Assembly: GCA_951406725.2 (NCBI GenBank)
Contig: OX597830.1
Span: forward strand, 78,430,001 to 78,494,000
Length of the DNA stretch: 64,000 bases
Direction of reading: 5' to 3'
Origin: Octopus vulgaris
Taxonomy: Eukaryota
The notes below the pieces were generated by a model. That model saw nothing but the letters and a program-made list of their open reading frames with translations, had not been told where the DNA came from and made no database searches. The translations under genes were made by a program, and so were the position numbers. This document shows, piece after piece, positions 1-14,210 of the stretch. Position 1 is the stretch's first letter, and each line of letters begins with the position of its first letter.

Positions 1-55
<55 letters not shown>

Positions 56-313
56 CTATGTGTATATACATATATGTACATATATATGTATATATATATA
101 ATGATAAATCTCAGAGCGAGTTATAAACAGTAGCGGTAACACATCGTGACGCATATTTGCCATTTGAATATGGCTCACCCATAAGGGTGGATGCTACTGT
201 AGTTTGTAGCCCCAGGAAGATATCTCCTCCAGTTGGCTATAGACACACGACCTGTGTCCTCTCAGTATTTGTGAAGGGGAGTCATCCTCCCCGTCTTCAA
301 CACATGATACACA

Positions 314-352
314 CTGATGAAAGGTAAACACCTTGAAACTCGGGTACGTGTG
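314..352 (+). ncRNA. Second hammerhead core (stem I altered by the inversion junction)
   Basis: Same CTGATGA-AAGGTAAACACCTT-GAAACTCGGGTA core as 667-699, but the G immediately 5' of the core is missing. Confidence 0.7.
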
Positions 353-651
353 TATCATGTGTTGAAGACGGGGAGGATGACTCCCCTTCACAAATACTGA
401 GAGGACACAGGTTGTGTGTCTATAGCCAACTGGAGGAGATATCTTCCTGGGGCTACAAACTACAGTAGCATCCACCCTTATGGGTGAGCCATATTCAAAT
501 GGCAAATATGCATCACGGTGTGTTACCGCTACTGTTTATAACTCGCTCTGAGATTTATCATTGTTTTATTTCACTTTTTCAATATCAGTGTCAATCGGAC
601 ACTGGAAAAAGTATATGTATTTGTGAAGGGATCTGATTTCTCGTCGACAAC

Positions 652-712
652 CATGATTGTCACACGCTGATGAAAGGTAAACACCTTGAAACTCGGGTAC
701 GTGTGTATCATG
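652..712 (+). ncRNA. Type I hammerhead ribozyme motif (intact copy)
   Basis: Stem I CACACG(661-666)/CGTGTG(700-705); core CTGATGA 667-673; stem II AAGG-TAAACA-CCTT; GAAA 688-691; short stem III AC-TCGG-GT; GTA cleavage triplet 697-699; stem I extension CATGAT/ATCATG. Confidence 0.85.
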
Positions 713-869
713 TGTTGAAGACGGGGAGGATGACTCCCCTTCACAAATACTGAGAGGACACAGGTTGTGTGTCTATAGCCAACTGGAGGAGATACCTTCC
801 CGGGGCTACAAACTACAGTAGCATCCACCCTTATGGGTGAGTCATATTCAAATGGCAAATATGCGTCAC

Positions 870-917
<48 letters not shown>

Positions 918-944
918 TACATATAGGTATATATACATACATAT

Positions 945-1026
<82 letters not shown>

Positions 1027-1081
1027 GTATGTGTATGTATATGTATATATGTATGTATATTTATATATATAGTGGGCCATT

Positions 1082-2580
1082 GAAAGCTACACAAACGCCA
1101 GAACGGGTCACCACTGCACAGTGTCAAAGATTTTTCTCACTCGCCGCAGGTACTCTATTTTTGTCTTTTCCTTCATGTCGTGATGTTTAGTTCCTTCTGC
1201 CTCAAGTATTCCCAGGTATTTATAGCTGGATTGAGGCTGAATTGCCTCCATCATCTCACCACACGGCAAACCTGTGCCTTCTGTCCTGACAGGCTTTCCC
1301 CGTCTCATCTCCATCGTAGCGAATTTTGAGAGCTCAAAATCCATCTTAATATCACTGCAGAAAATCCGCACAGACTGGACTATAAGCTGTACAGTTCTAC
1401 CTCACTTTCTATGAACAACTTCAAGTCGTCCATGAATAACAAGTGGTTCAGTCTTCCTTTACTTTTTCCTAGGTAATACTCCAACTTTGTTTTTTGTAGT
1501 ATTTCACTCAAGGGGATCATTCCCAGCACGAAGTTCAGTGGAGACACACTGGAAGATTCCTCACTTGATTTTCACCTCTCCTAATACGTGCTTCCTTACT
1601 GTCAATTCCGTTCTCCACCATTTCATACGGTTCCATATAAAGCTTCTCATGTTTTCTGCTACACCATACATTTCCCTTGTTCTTATTATCCATGAGTCTT
1701 CCAATTCTTCCAATATCGTATGCTTTGCGATAGTCAACTCATGCCATACCCAGGTTTGTGTGTCTTCTCTTGCAGTTTCTGATAAATTAGATTATCGATT
1801 AAGAGCTGATCCTTCGTTCCCCGGCTCCTTTTTCGGCACACTTTTTGTTCAGTAGGTAGCAGCCCACTTTTTTCTAAGTATCTATACAGTTCACCGGCCA
1901 AAGCGCCTGACATTAGTTTCCACATTAGTGAAAGACACATTATTAGTCAGAAATTGGATGCTGCATTTCCTTTTTCAGGATCCTTGGCACATAAAAACTG
2001 TCGTCCCCTTTGTCATCCACCTGGGTACTGCGCCTTCCTGCAAGCACTCATCTAGCTGCTTTGCTATCCTTTGATGGAGCTTTCTCAGCTTCTTCATCCC
2101 ATAAGCTTGTACCCTCCCCCCAACCACCACCACCATCAGGTCGTGGATTCTTCCAATTTGGAAATTTTCTAAACTGCTTTTTATCATTTATGTAGTTATT
2201 TTTGTCTTCTTGGACTTCTATTATTTCTTAACCTATCTTGGATTTCCTGTATCCACTCCGCTTCATCATTATGCTCTCCATGTTGGTCCCACCTAACTCT
2301 CCAGAAGGCTCTGGTTTCATTGTTACGTGTAATTGTCCATCAAGTTCCTGGAACAGTTTCTTCTGATTTACTTCAAACAATCCGTTTTGTCTGAATTGTT
2401 TTGTTCTATTGTCACATCTTCCCAGTTTTGCTTTGATTGCCACTTCTCCTTGTTTCAATTCTTCCAATATCACATCATACCCTTTATCTCTTATTCTATA
2501 TGTGCATTGCAGCATTACTCTTACGCTTTCGTTCTGCAATTTCCCTCAATCTATCAACTTGTCCCAAATGTCTTCTTCAC
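1082..2580 (-). mobile_element. Decayed R4/Dong-like (RLE-type) non-LTR retrotransposon, RT region
   Basis: Frameshifted motifs [53 protein letters not shown]; abuts (TAA)n. Confidence 0.85.
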
Positions 2581-2581
2581 T

Positions 2582-2667
<86 letters not shown>

Positions 2668-2669
2668 TG

Positions 2670-2721
<52 letters not shown>

Positions 2722-2799
2722 TAATAATAATAATAATAATAATAATAATTATTATTATTATTATTATTATTATCATTATTATTATTATTATTACTGTTG

Positions 2800-2842
<43 letters not shown>

Positions 2843-2858
2843 CATTATTATTATTATT

Positions 2859-3120
2859 GAGTGAGAGAGCAGTTCATGCCATCAAAGTGACACTGGGGTA
2901 AAATATACGAAGCCCAGTATACCCATCATGACTACCCGTCTGATAAAGGTACACCAGGCACATGCATCACAACCATATGCGCGCGACATGGTGATCTCAT
3001 CTCAAGATAAACAGCACATGACCTTGCAGGTGGGGCCCAGTTAGAATTTTCTTCAGGTTGAGTAGCCCATCCCGCTCAAAAGGTCTCTGAATAAGGATTG
3101 TTTAAGGATGTTGAAAGAAC
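2859..3120 (-). mobile_element. 557-bp family, 3' half
   Basis: Reverse complement of ~39990-40253, within (TTA)n. Confidence 0.85.
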
Positions 3121-3121
3121 C

Positions 3122-3245
<124 letters not shown>

Positions 3246-3256
3246 ATTATTGCTCT

Positions 3257-3891
<635 letters not shown>

Positions 3892-4078
3892 ATTATCGTC
3901 AACGTCATCATAACATTCATTATTATCATTGTGTTATCACCGAAAATTGAGTCATTGGATGATGAACTTGTAACCACATTCCTGCCAATAACCACATCTG
4001 TTAGTTTTTCACCTTCACAAACCTTCTTCAGGCGTTTCGTGTGCGTGTAAAATAAAATAAAAGAAATAAACAAATAGC

Positions 4079-4134
<56 letters not shown>

Positions 4135-4495
4135 CAACAACAACAACAACAACAATAATGTCTACAAAAGCAAACAAACAAACAAAATTAATGTTTTCAT
4201 TTTCTAACGGAATATGAGACGGCGTTGGCTGTGAGAGGTGTGAGCTGTCTCAAACAGCCTAATGTTGTTAATAGACAAGCTTAAACTTATTCCTTCCGCC
4301 GCTATCATACGATGATCGTTCTAAGATGGCGGCGAAAGAAGCTGTCGTTTGCATCTTCATAATTCATCATTTTAACACGTTATGGACACGAACGAGCGAA
4401 AATGGCGTCAGCTTTTATTTTCCACACGGAAAAGCGAATTCTCCAGATTAACCGACCGCATTCACACAAAACCAGTGCAGTGAACAGATAGCGGT

Positions 4496-4551
<56 letters not shown>

Positions 4552-5412
4552 CACATTACATGTTCTTTTCTGCGTATAAGCCATCACAGTTCTTCTGGCT
4601 ATGCCGGGGTACCAATTTCTTATGCATATGTATGTGTGTCAGTGTATATGTGTATATGAATTTATATGTGTGTGTGTGTGCGTGTGTGTGCATAAATGCG
4701 TGTCTGTATATAATATATATATATATATGCATACATACATACATACATAGACGTGTATATGTATAAATGTAACTATATATTTATATGTATATGCATATAT
4801 ATATATATATGTATATATATATATGTAGGTAGGTAAGGGGGGAGGGAGATAGTTTATGTGTGTGTATATGCATATGTATATGTATATGCGCCGCGTAAGG
4901 GATATGGGAGATGGACACAAAGGAAAGAAAACGAGGAATAACGAAGAAGAAGAAGAAGAAGAAGAAGAAGAAGAAGAAGAAGAAGAAGAAGAAGAAGAAG
5001 AAGAAGAAGAAGGGGAGGAGGAAGAAGAAGAAGAAGAAGCAAATGTGAGCAAGAAAATTTGGGAAGGAAATTAAGAATAAAAGGATGGCAAAGAGGAGAT
5101 AATAATTGACTTAGACAAGGGAAAAGTGGGGAAAGCCTTGAAACGGTATGAAAGATATGCGTATATGTATGTGTGTACGAAATGATGGTAGGGTGAAACA
5201 GACATATATATATATATATATATAAGAGGGAAAGAGAGAGAGAGAGAGAGACTAAGAGAGAGAAAGAGAGAGAGAGACGTATCGGTGTACAGAGCATTGC
5301 ATGTCTATTGTTTGGTAATATTTGGTAGAGTGAGAGATGTATGTGAATGAGCAGAGTGGACTGATAAAGTAAGGGAGATAGGAAGGAGAGAGTAATGGAT
5401 AGCGGGAGAGGC

Positions 5413-5493
<81 letters not shown>

Positions 5494-5859
5494 GGGAGTG
5501 AGTGACTTTGTGTGTGTGTGTGAATGTTAGTGTTTGAGAGAGTGAAGGATGGATGTGAGTCTATGTACAATGTATGCGTATATAGTAAAAGAATAGGGAT
5601 TTCAGAAATCCGGGCGAGTACCTGTCAGTATTCATGCGAAATTCAGGTTAACAGAATTATGTGTGTTTGTGTGGTTTTGTGTGTGTGTGTGTGTGTGTGT
5701 AGATAGAGGTATGTGTGCGTGTTGTGTGAGCGTACATTCATAGACATATAGACAGACAGATAGAAAGGTAGATAGATAGATATATAGATAGATAGGTAGA
5801 TAGATAGATAGAAAGAAATGCAGATATCCGATACTACAGAACCAGACAGACAGACAGAC

Positions 5860-5945
<86 letters not shown>

Positions 5946-6389
5946 ACACACAGACAGATAGATAGAAACGCAGATATCTGATACTAGAGAACTGTGTGTG
6001 TATGTGTGTGTGTATGTGTGTGTGTGTGCGATTAGTAACTGAACGTGTGGTGCGTATACAAATACAGGAGATAGGAAAATAGACACATTAGGTAAATGAA
6101 TAGTCAGAATACTAAGGGAGAGAGAGAAAGAAAGAGAGAGAGAGAGAGGGAGGGAGAGGTAGAAAGAGAGAGCGAGGGAGGTGGAGAAAGCGAAGTGACG
6201 GGAGGGGTGAGGTGTGTTCGGTGTGGTGTGGTTTGACAAGAATTAATGAATTGCTGTTGGTAGATGTGAAATATTGTTTAGACAAGGAAGAGATAGATAC
6301 GGAATGGTTAATTCAAGGAATCGGAACTACCATCACTGGCATCTACTCTTGGGAGATGCGTGATTAACATTATATGTATGCATATGTAT

Positions 6390-6460
<71 letters not shown>

Positions 6461-6555
6461 TATATGTCTATGTATATATATGTACATATCTATGTATGTA
6501 TGTATATATATAAATGTATATATTTATTGATGTATATGTATGTGTGTGTGTATGT

Positions 6556-6587
<32 letters not shown>

Positions 6588-7096
6588 GTATGTATGTATA
6601 TATGTATATATATATGTATATATATAGTTATGTCTATATATATATGTATGTATATATATATGTACATATATAAATACATGAATGTATATATATATAAATA
6701 TATGTGTATATATATGTTTGTATGTATATATGTATATACATATACGTATGTGTATATATGTATATATACCTATATATATATGTATATGGATATGTATATA
6801 TGTATATGTACGTGAATATAAATATATGTATGCATATATTTGTATGCATACATATATGTGTATGCATATGCATATGTGTATGTATGCATTTATATGCATA
6901 CATATATGTGTATGTATATACATACATATATGTATGTTATATATGTATCTTATATATATGAGTGAATATAAATGTATGTATGAATTTGTAGGCATGTATA
7001 CACATGCACACACAGATACGCACATATATAAATGGCAATGAAAATATTGTTGTCATTTCATGTAATCAATTCAAATGAGTATTAAAAAACACCATA

Positions 7097-7498
7097 TCTT
7101 TATATATAAAAGTGAAGTTGTGTGAGTGTCTGTCTCCTACGATTTAGATTCCTAACTACTCCCACATTTTGCGGTGCAGTTTAACCAAAACCGGGTATCT
7201 TATAGTCGTGATTCATATCGAGCCCTTCTGGGTATTAGCGCACGTCTACGATGAGTCTACTATTAAAAAAAAAATTTACCATCATTTTTTCCATTTTAAT
7301 GCATTTTTTTCGCTATTATATAAGGGAAGTAACTCTCTAAAAATGTCTACGCTGATTCAACGATTTAAAAAAAATTTACCATCATTTTTTTTCCCATTTT
7401 TAATGCATTTTTCTGCTATTTTTTGGTTATAACTCTCTAAAAATGCTTATATAGTTATTTCCCTTACAAACCCGAGCAACGCCGGGCGATACTGCTAG
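7097..7498 (+). mobile_element. Non-autonomous Helitron
   Basis: 5' TC after A, 3' CTAG before T, subterminal hairpin CCCG..CGGG at 7471-7486; near-identical ends to 29466-29861. Confidence 0.88.
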
Positions 7499-7509
7499 TC
7501 TTTCATATA

Positions 7510-8490
7510 TCTGTTCATACAGAATATAATCTCCATCGTTTGCAATAAAATTCTTACCAACCAAACCAAATCAGTTTTCTGATTTCTCGGACAAAAAATT
7601 AAAATCAGGTTCTTTAGAAGGGGATTGCATTTCAAGTGCCGTTTCGATTTCGTCCCTGTTTCTGAATGTTTTTATGTCTTTTCACTGATAAAGTGTCTGA
7701 GATAAATATGTGAGAATCTGACGGTGCCAGGTCTGGTGACAAGAGGGGTTAAGTAAAGCATCCCAGCTTAATAAATTTACCTTTTGTTTGGTAATCTCCG
7801 CTAATTGTGACCGTGTATTATAATGTGGCCGGACAAGGCGGCGATCTGGCAGAACTGTTAGCACGCCGGGAGAAATGCTTAGCGGTATTTCGTCTGTCTT
7901 TACGTTCTGAGTTCAAATTCCGCCGAGGTCGACTTCGCCTTTCATCCTTTCGGGGTCGATAAATTAAGTACCAGTTAAGCACTGGGGTCGATATAATCGA
8001 CTTAATACCTATGTCTGTCCATGTTTGTCCCCTCTATGTTTAGCCCCTTGTGGGTATTAAAGAAATAGGTATTTCGTCTGTCTTTACGTTCTGAGTTCAA
8101 ATTCCGCCGAGGTCGACTTTGCTTTTCATCCTTTCGGGGTCGATAAATTAAGTACCAGTTACGCATTGGGGGTCGATGTAATCGACTTAATCCTTTTGTC
8201 TGTCCTTGTTTGTCCCTTCTGTATGTATCCCTTGTGGGTAGTAAAGAAATAAATTATAACGTTGCCGAATTCCTCCCTTTCTGTTGACTAGAGCTGATTG
8301 TTTACCTGAGCAAATTTTGACGATTAAGTTCTGCAGAGATGCTTTTTCCTTGTTCCAGTAACTCAAAGTGAACAAGACATATTACCTTCCACCGAATCGT
8401 CCAAGAAAACCTTTGGCTGTAGATCTAGTTTGGGTGTCGGAATCGGACTTTTATTTGGTAATACCTACGGCTTTACTGTTATCATAGACT
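7510..8490 (-). mobile_element. Decayed mariner-like transposase interrupted by SINEs
   Basis: ALVNRKGGI and ITKQKVNLLSWDALLNP, plus a frameshifted PDLAPSD-like stretch (CCAGACCTGGCACCGTCAGAT on minus). Confidence 0.65.
7837..8252 (+). mobile_element. SINE family A, full copy plus tandem 5'-truncated copy
   Basis: Second unit restarts at GGTATTTCGTCTGTC ~8068. Confidence 0.85.
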
Positions 8491-9097
8491 ATACGTGTCT
8501 CATCACTTTTTATCTTTTACTTGTCTCAATCATTAGAGTGCGGCCATGCTGCGCCCCAACCTAAAGGGATTTTAGTTGAATAAATCGCCCCTACTGCATT
8601 TTTTCAAAGCCTGGTATTTATTCTAATGGTCTCTGGCTGAACCACTATGTCACGGAGACGATAGAGAGGGGGCGGAGAACGAGAGACCACATTTAAATAT
8701 CTAATAGAAGATAGGGGACGTAACACCTTCCCTGTCCTGTCCTTGCCAAGTTGTAGGGCAAATAAATATAAAACAAACACATGCGCGCGCACATAAACAC
8801 GCACACAAACACACACATATACACATACACAATTGAAGAAAGGTTTTTTTAAATTAGATATTTTTGATGAACCTTTATTTTAGATGTTTACTAGCATTCG
8901 TTCTAGCGCATACTTTTGAGATGAAATTCCACCAAGATTGGTTTTGTCTTTTATCCTTTCCGGATTGATAAAATAAGTGCCAATAAAATACTGTAATCGA
9001 TGTAATCGATTAGCTCCACCATCATCACCACCACTAAAAAATTCCAGGCTTTGTGCTTATAATAGAAATTGTTATTATTGTTGTTGTTGTTATTGTA

Positions 9098-9189
<92 letters not shown>

Positions 9190-9241
9190 CATCATCATTA
9201 TTATAATTATTATTATTATCATCATCATCATCATCATTATT

Positions 9242-9562
9242 GAGTGAGTGAGCAGTGCTCGCCGTCAAAGAGTCACTGGGGTAAAATATACGAAGTCCAG
9301 TATACCCATCATGACCACCCGTCTGATAAGGGTACTCCAGGCGCATCCATCACAATCACATGTGCGGGACATGGTGAGCTTGTATGAAGATAAATAGCAC
9401 GTGACCTTGCAGGTGGAATTCGGTTAGAATTTTCCTTATATTAAGTAGCCCATCCCACTCAAAAGATCCTTAAATAAGGTTTGTTTAAGGATGATGAACG
9501 AAACACCCATGTTTCCAAAGGTGAATTATTCAAACCCCAAAGAATTCCTCTAAACACATGAC
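9242..9562 (-). mobile_element. 557-bp family, 3' part
   Basis: Diverged reverse-complement copy following (TTA)n. Confidence 0.8.
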
Positions 9563-9647
9563 TGTGTTACGAAGGAATAATAATAACAGCAAAAACAACA
9601 AGAACAAGGACAAGAGCAACAACAACAACAATAATAATAATAATTAT

Positions 9648-9995
9648 GTAGTACCAGGCACAGGCTCTCGTGGCTTCTGATCTTAACTGATTGGAAGTGT
9701 TATCATGTACATTGTTTTGTCTTGGTATAAAAGATGGGCTACAGCAAATATTCTGCTCATTACCACAGATTTGCTTGTCAGTTGTTTGACCTTAATCAGT
9801 TGAGCGTGTCCCTTAGTGGCTGACAATATGTGCATCTCTGATCTCGAGCAGAAGTAGTGGGGGAGCATCATAGCCATGTGTTGAGAGGGATTCTTTGGGG
9901 TTTGAATAACTCACCTCTGGAGACATGGATGCTTCGTTCAACATCCTTAAACAACCCCTATTTAAGGATCTTTTGAGTGCGATGGTTTACTCAGT
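9648..9995 (+). mobile_element. 557-bp family, 5' part
   Basis: Matches ~39707-40050. Confidence 0.8.
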
Positions 9996-10144
9996 ATAAA
10001 TTCCACCGAGGTCCACTTTGCCTGTCATCTTTTCGGGGCCGATGTAAGATTCCAGTCGAGCACTGGGGTCGATGTAATTGACTATCCCCTCTCCCAAAAA
10101 TTTCGGACCTTGTACCTATAGTAGAAGGAATTAGTATTATTGCT

Positions 10145-10657
10145 GAGTGAGAGAGCAGTACACGCCATCAAAGTGACACTGGAGTACAAATATACGACGC
10201 CCAATGTACCCAACATGACTACCTGTCTGATAAGGGTACTCCAGGTACATGCATCACAACCATATGTACGTGACATGGTGATTTCGTTTCAAGATATACA
10301 GGGCATGAGCTTGCAGGTGGGGCTTAGTTGGAATATCTTTCAGGTCAAGTAGTCCATCCTGCGCAAAAGGTCCCTAAAAAAGGTTTGCTTAAGGACGATG
10401 AACGAAACACCTCAAAGAATTCCTCTCAACATATGGTCGGGATCCTCTCCCACTACGTCTGCTCGTGTTCAGAGATGCACATACCGTCAGCCTCCAAGAG
10501 ACGTGCTCATCTGGTGAAGGTCAAGCAAATCTGCAGTATTGAACAGAATATTTACTGTAGCCCATCTTTAGTAGCAAGATAAAACATGTACATGATAACA
10601 CTCCCAATCAGTTAAGATCAGAAGCCATGAGAGTCAGTACCTTGCACTGCATCAGCG
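10145..10657 (-). mobile_element. 557-bp family, near-full diverged copy
   Basis: GAGTGAGAGAGCAGT...CTGCATCAG with internal deletions. Confidence 0.8.
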
Positions 10658-10659
10658 CC

Positions 10660-11540
10660 GGTAAACTGGCAGAATCGTTAGCACGCCGGGCGAAGTGCTT
10701 AGCGTTATTTCGTCTGCCGTTACGTTGTGAGTTCAAATTTCACCGAGGTCGACTTTGCCTTTTATCCTTTCGGGGTCGATAAATTAAGTTTACACACTGG
10801 GGTCGATCCCTTTTTCCTTGTTTGTCACCTTTATGATTAGCCCCTTGTGGGTAGTAAAGAAATAGGTATTTCATTTGAAAAGGAAGGTGTGGTTGGAGAA
10901 GAGATGTCTGTCGAAGTGTACGTTCCAAAAGAGATGGAAGCATGTTGCACGAGTGTTGTGCGTGCAAACAACCGTGTGAATAGACGGGGAAAAAAGAACA
11001 AGAGAAAAGGTACCAGCGATTGATTGGGGTTTGTGGGGTCAGAGCGTGGCCTGGTTGTCGCTTCATTTGTGTTGCCTCTGTATTGTTAATTTCATTCGAT
11101 TTTCTATATATTGTATTTAATTTTTAAAAGTCACATTTTATGTAAAGTCATACCGTATTACTGATCCCATCAGTTGCTCTGTCCATTTCTATGTTTAGCC
11201 CCCGGTTGGCAATAAAGAAAATGGTATTTCGTCCTTCGATACTTTGTGAGTTCAAATCCAATCGAGGCCGACTTTGCCTTTCATCCTTTCGAAGTCGATA
11301 AATTAAGTTCCAGAGAAACACTGGGGGTTGAGGTCATCAACTAGTTCCCTCCCCCAGAATGTCAAGCCTTGTGCCTTTAGCAGAAAGGGATATTAATTAT
11401 TAATATTATTAAGGTGGTGAACTGGTAGAATCGTTAGTACGCCGGGTAAAATGCTTAGAGCTATTATTTCGTCCGTCTTTATGTTCTGAGTTCAAATTCC
11501 ACCGATTTCGACTTTGCCTTTCATCCTTTCGGGGCCTTTC
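10660..11540 (+). mobile_element. Cluster of family A SINE copies and fragments (10660-10870, 11180-11390, 11412-11540)
   Basis: Repeated GAGTTCAAAT..GACTTTGCCTTTCATCCTTTCG motif. Confidence 0.75.
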
Positions 11541-11696
11541 ATTCTTTCTGAGCCTTTCACCATTTCGGGGCCTTTTCTTGCATTTTGTCAAGTTGTGTAT
11601 TTATGTTGTGCTCCTCATAAACACCATCATCATCATCAGCAGCAGCAGCAGTATCTTCATCACCAGCATTCTCATCATCATCATCATCACCATCAC

Positions 11697-11764
<68 letters not shown>

Positions 11765-12135
11765 CCAACATCATCATCATCATCATCATCATCATGTTCA
11801 TCAGCAGAGGCAGCAGCATCACCACCACCACCACCACCACCACCACCATCAGCATCAGCAACAGCAGCAGCATCTTCATCATCAGCATCATCTTCATTAT
11901 CAGCAGCAGCAGCGCCCCACCCCACCACCACCTCCACCATCATCATCGTCGTCGTTGTTGTCGTCATCATCCCCATCGGCAACTGCATGGTGGTCGATGT
12001 TGTTATTATTATCATCGTTCCGCACCATTGTCACCACCGTCACTCCCATCTCCACCATCGTCGTCACCATTACGATGACCATTATGATCATTGGCATTGC
12101 CATCCTCACTGTCATCATCATCATCATCATCGTCT

Positions 12136-12242
12136 TCTTACAACGAATAAGTCCTGGGGGTCGACTTGCTCGACTAAAAGGCGGTGCTCCAGCATGGCCG
12201 CCGTCAAATGACTGAAACAAGTAAAAGAGTAAAAGAGTAAAA
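12136..12242 (+). mobile_element. SINE family B, 3' end
   Basis: GGCGGTGCTCCAGCATGGCCG...AAGTAAAAGAGTAAAAGAG. Confidence 0.8.
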
Positions 12243-12613
12243 CCATTGTCTCTGTCTATTATGAGAGTTATGACTGCCAATTTCATCATCATAATCGCCA
12301 TCCTCCTCCTCCTCCTCCTCCTCATCATCATCATCATCATCATCATTACCATCATCATTTGTCACGACAATTCATCACAATTATTCCTTCATAAGTTAAT
12401 ATTTACCCTTTTCTTCTGTGCTTCTCTCCTTATTTTATTTAGTATTTTTGTTTGTTTATTTTGTTTATTTTATTTGTTATTTTGTATTCTATTTACATCT
12501 TTTTTTTTTCATTTTGCGTTTCTTAAATTTTAAAATGATTTCGTTTCATTCTATTTCATTATTAAATTCCATTTGATACGTGAGTGTATACATGTATGTT
12601 TGAGTATTTATGC

Positions 12614-12645
<32 letters not shown>

Positions 12646-12790
12646 AGGCGTATTTGCATATATATACGTGTGTGTGTGTGTGTGTGTGTGCGTGTGTGTG
12701 TATGCTGTATGCTGATACAACTATGCATATGTGTGTATATGCATGTCTGTGCGTTCGTAAATGTGTATGTATGTATGTATGGATGGATGG

Positions 12791-12842
<52 letters not shown>

Positions 12843-12954
12843 GTATATTGCATTCTGATGATAGGGGTGTACAATGATATTTCTTGGTGTGTTTATTAAA
12901 TGCGTTGCATGACCGTATTTGTGTCGGAATGTGCGTGTGTATTTGTATGTGTGA

Positions 12955-12996
<42 letters not shown>

Positions 12997-13104
12997 CCGT
13001 GCGGATGTGCATTCGTTCTTTGACTTGTTGATGTTTGTCTTTTTTGTGTAGCTCAATTAAAATTAGTGTGTATATATGTGCGTGTGTCTCAGTGATTTTG
13101 CATG

Positions 13105-13135
<31 letters not shown>

Positions 13136-14092
13136 ATGTGTGTGTGTGTGTGTGTGTGACATATAAATATATGTACAAATGTATAAATCTCCGTCTTTCT
13201 GTTTGAGATTGGGGGTTTCAAATACGTTTGTGTTTGTGATTAAAGTGTGTGTATATCGAATTGCACGTGTATGCGATGTCTCCAGAGTTTCATGCATGTG
13301 TTTGAATATGTGAATATGTATACGCCAAAGAGTATATGTGTGTGTGTGTGTGTGTGTGTTTCAGTACGGAGGTTTATGTATGCATGGGTGTCTATGTGCG
13401 TGTCAGTACCTCTTAATATATGTATATATATGTGTTTGTGTGTTAGTGTGTGCGTGTGTCATTGCCTGTCAGTTTGTATGTAAGGAGATGTATGTGTCTG
13501 TCAATGTGTGTATGTTTCGTCTTATGTATGCACGCACGTACATGGAAGTGTGTGTGTGTGTGTGTATGTATAGAGGTGTGTGTGTGTGTATGTGTGTATC
13601 GGTGTGTGCCACTGTGAGCTCATGTCAAAACCATCCTTCAACATTTCCCACAATCCTATTTATAATTAACATCATTTGTGATGTGATGAGGTCACTATCT
13701 TATTCATTGTTTACTTCTCAATCATCATCATCATCGTCGTCGTCATCATCATCATCATCGTCGTCATCATCATCATCATCATCACCACCGGTAGCAGCAG
13801 CAAAGCAACATCACCATCCCCCAATTATTAAAATATCATCGCAGCCGCACCCTTCACAATCACCACCCTCGCTTACCACCATCACCACCACAACCTTCAC
13901 TACTACCCTAACTATAACCATCATCACTACCGCCACTACCATCTGCCCTCACGACCATCCCCACCACCACTTCCATTACCACCTCTACCACCATCGCTAC
14001 CACGGCCAACAACAACAACAGCAATAGAATCGATCGAAGCAACGAATGTTTGCTACACTGTCTCTTGATCTGCAAGAAATAACAGCCTATCT

Positions 14093-14210
<118 letters not shown>

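Larger units (their letters stand above)
100..869 (+). mobile_element. Penelope-like/retrozyme-type element with inverted plus tandem terminal repeat, inserted in (TA)n
   Basis: 100-314 is the reverse complement of 348-562; 667-869 directly repeats 314-516; hammerhead cores in both direct copies; (TA)n on both flanks. Confidence 0.7.

Noticed and set aside
194-1080. Duplicated ORFs [18 protein letters not shown]
   Set aside because: By-product of the repeated non-coding element; the longer one starts in (TA)n
11514-12358. Poly-His/Gln/Asp ORFs as a possible Hox1 exon 1
   Set aside because: Open in several frames on both strands because of (CAT)n, runs into a SINE and has no WM hexapeptide
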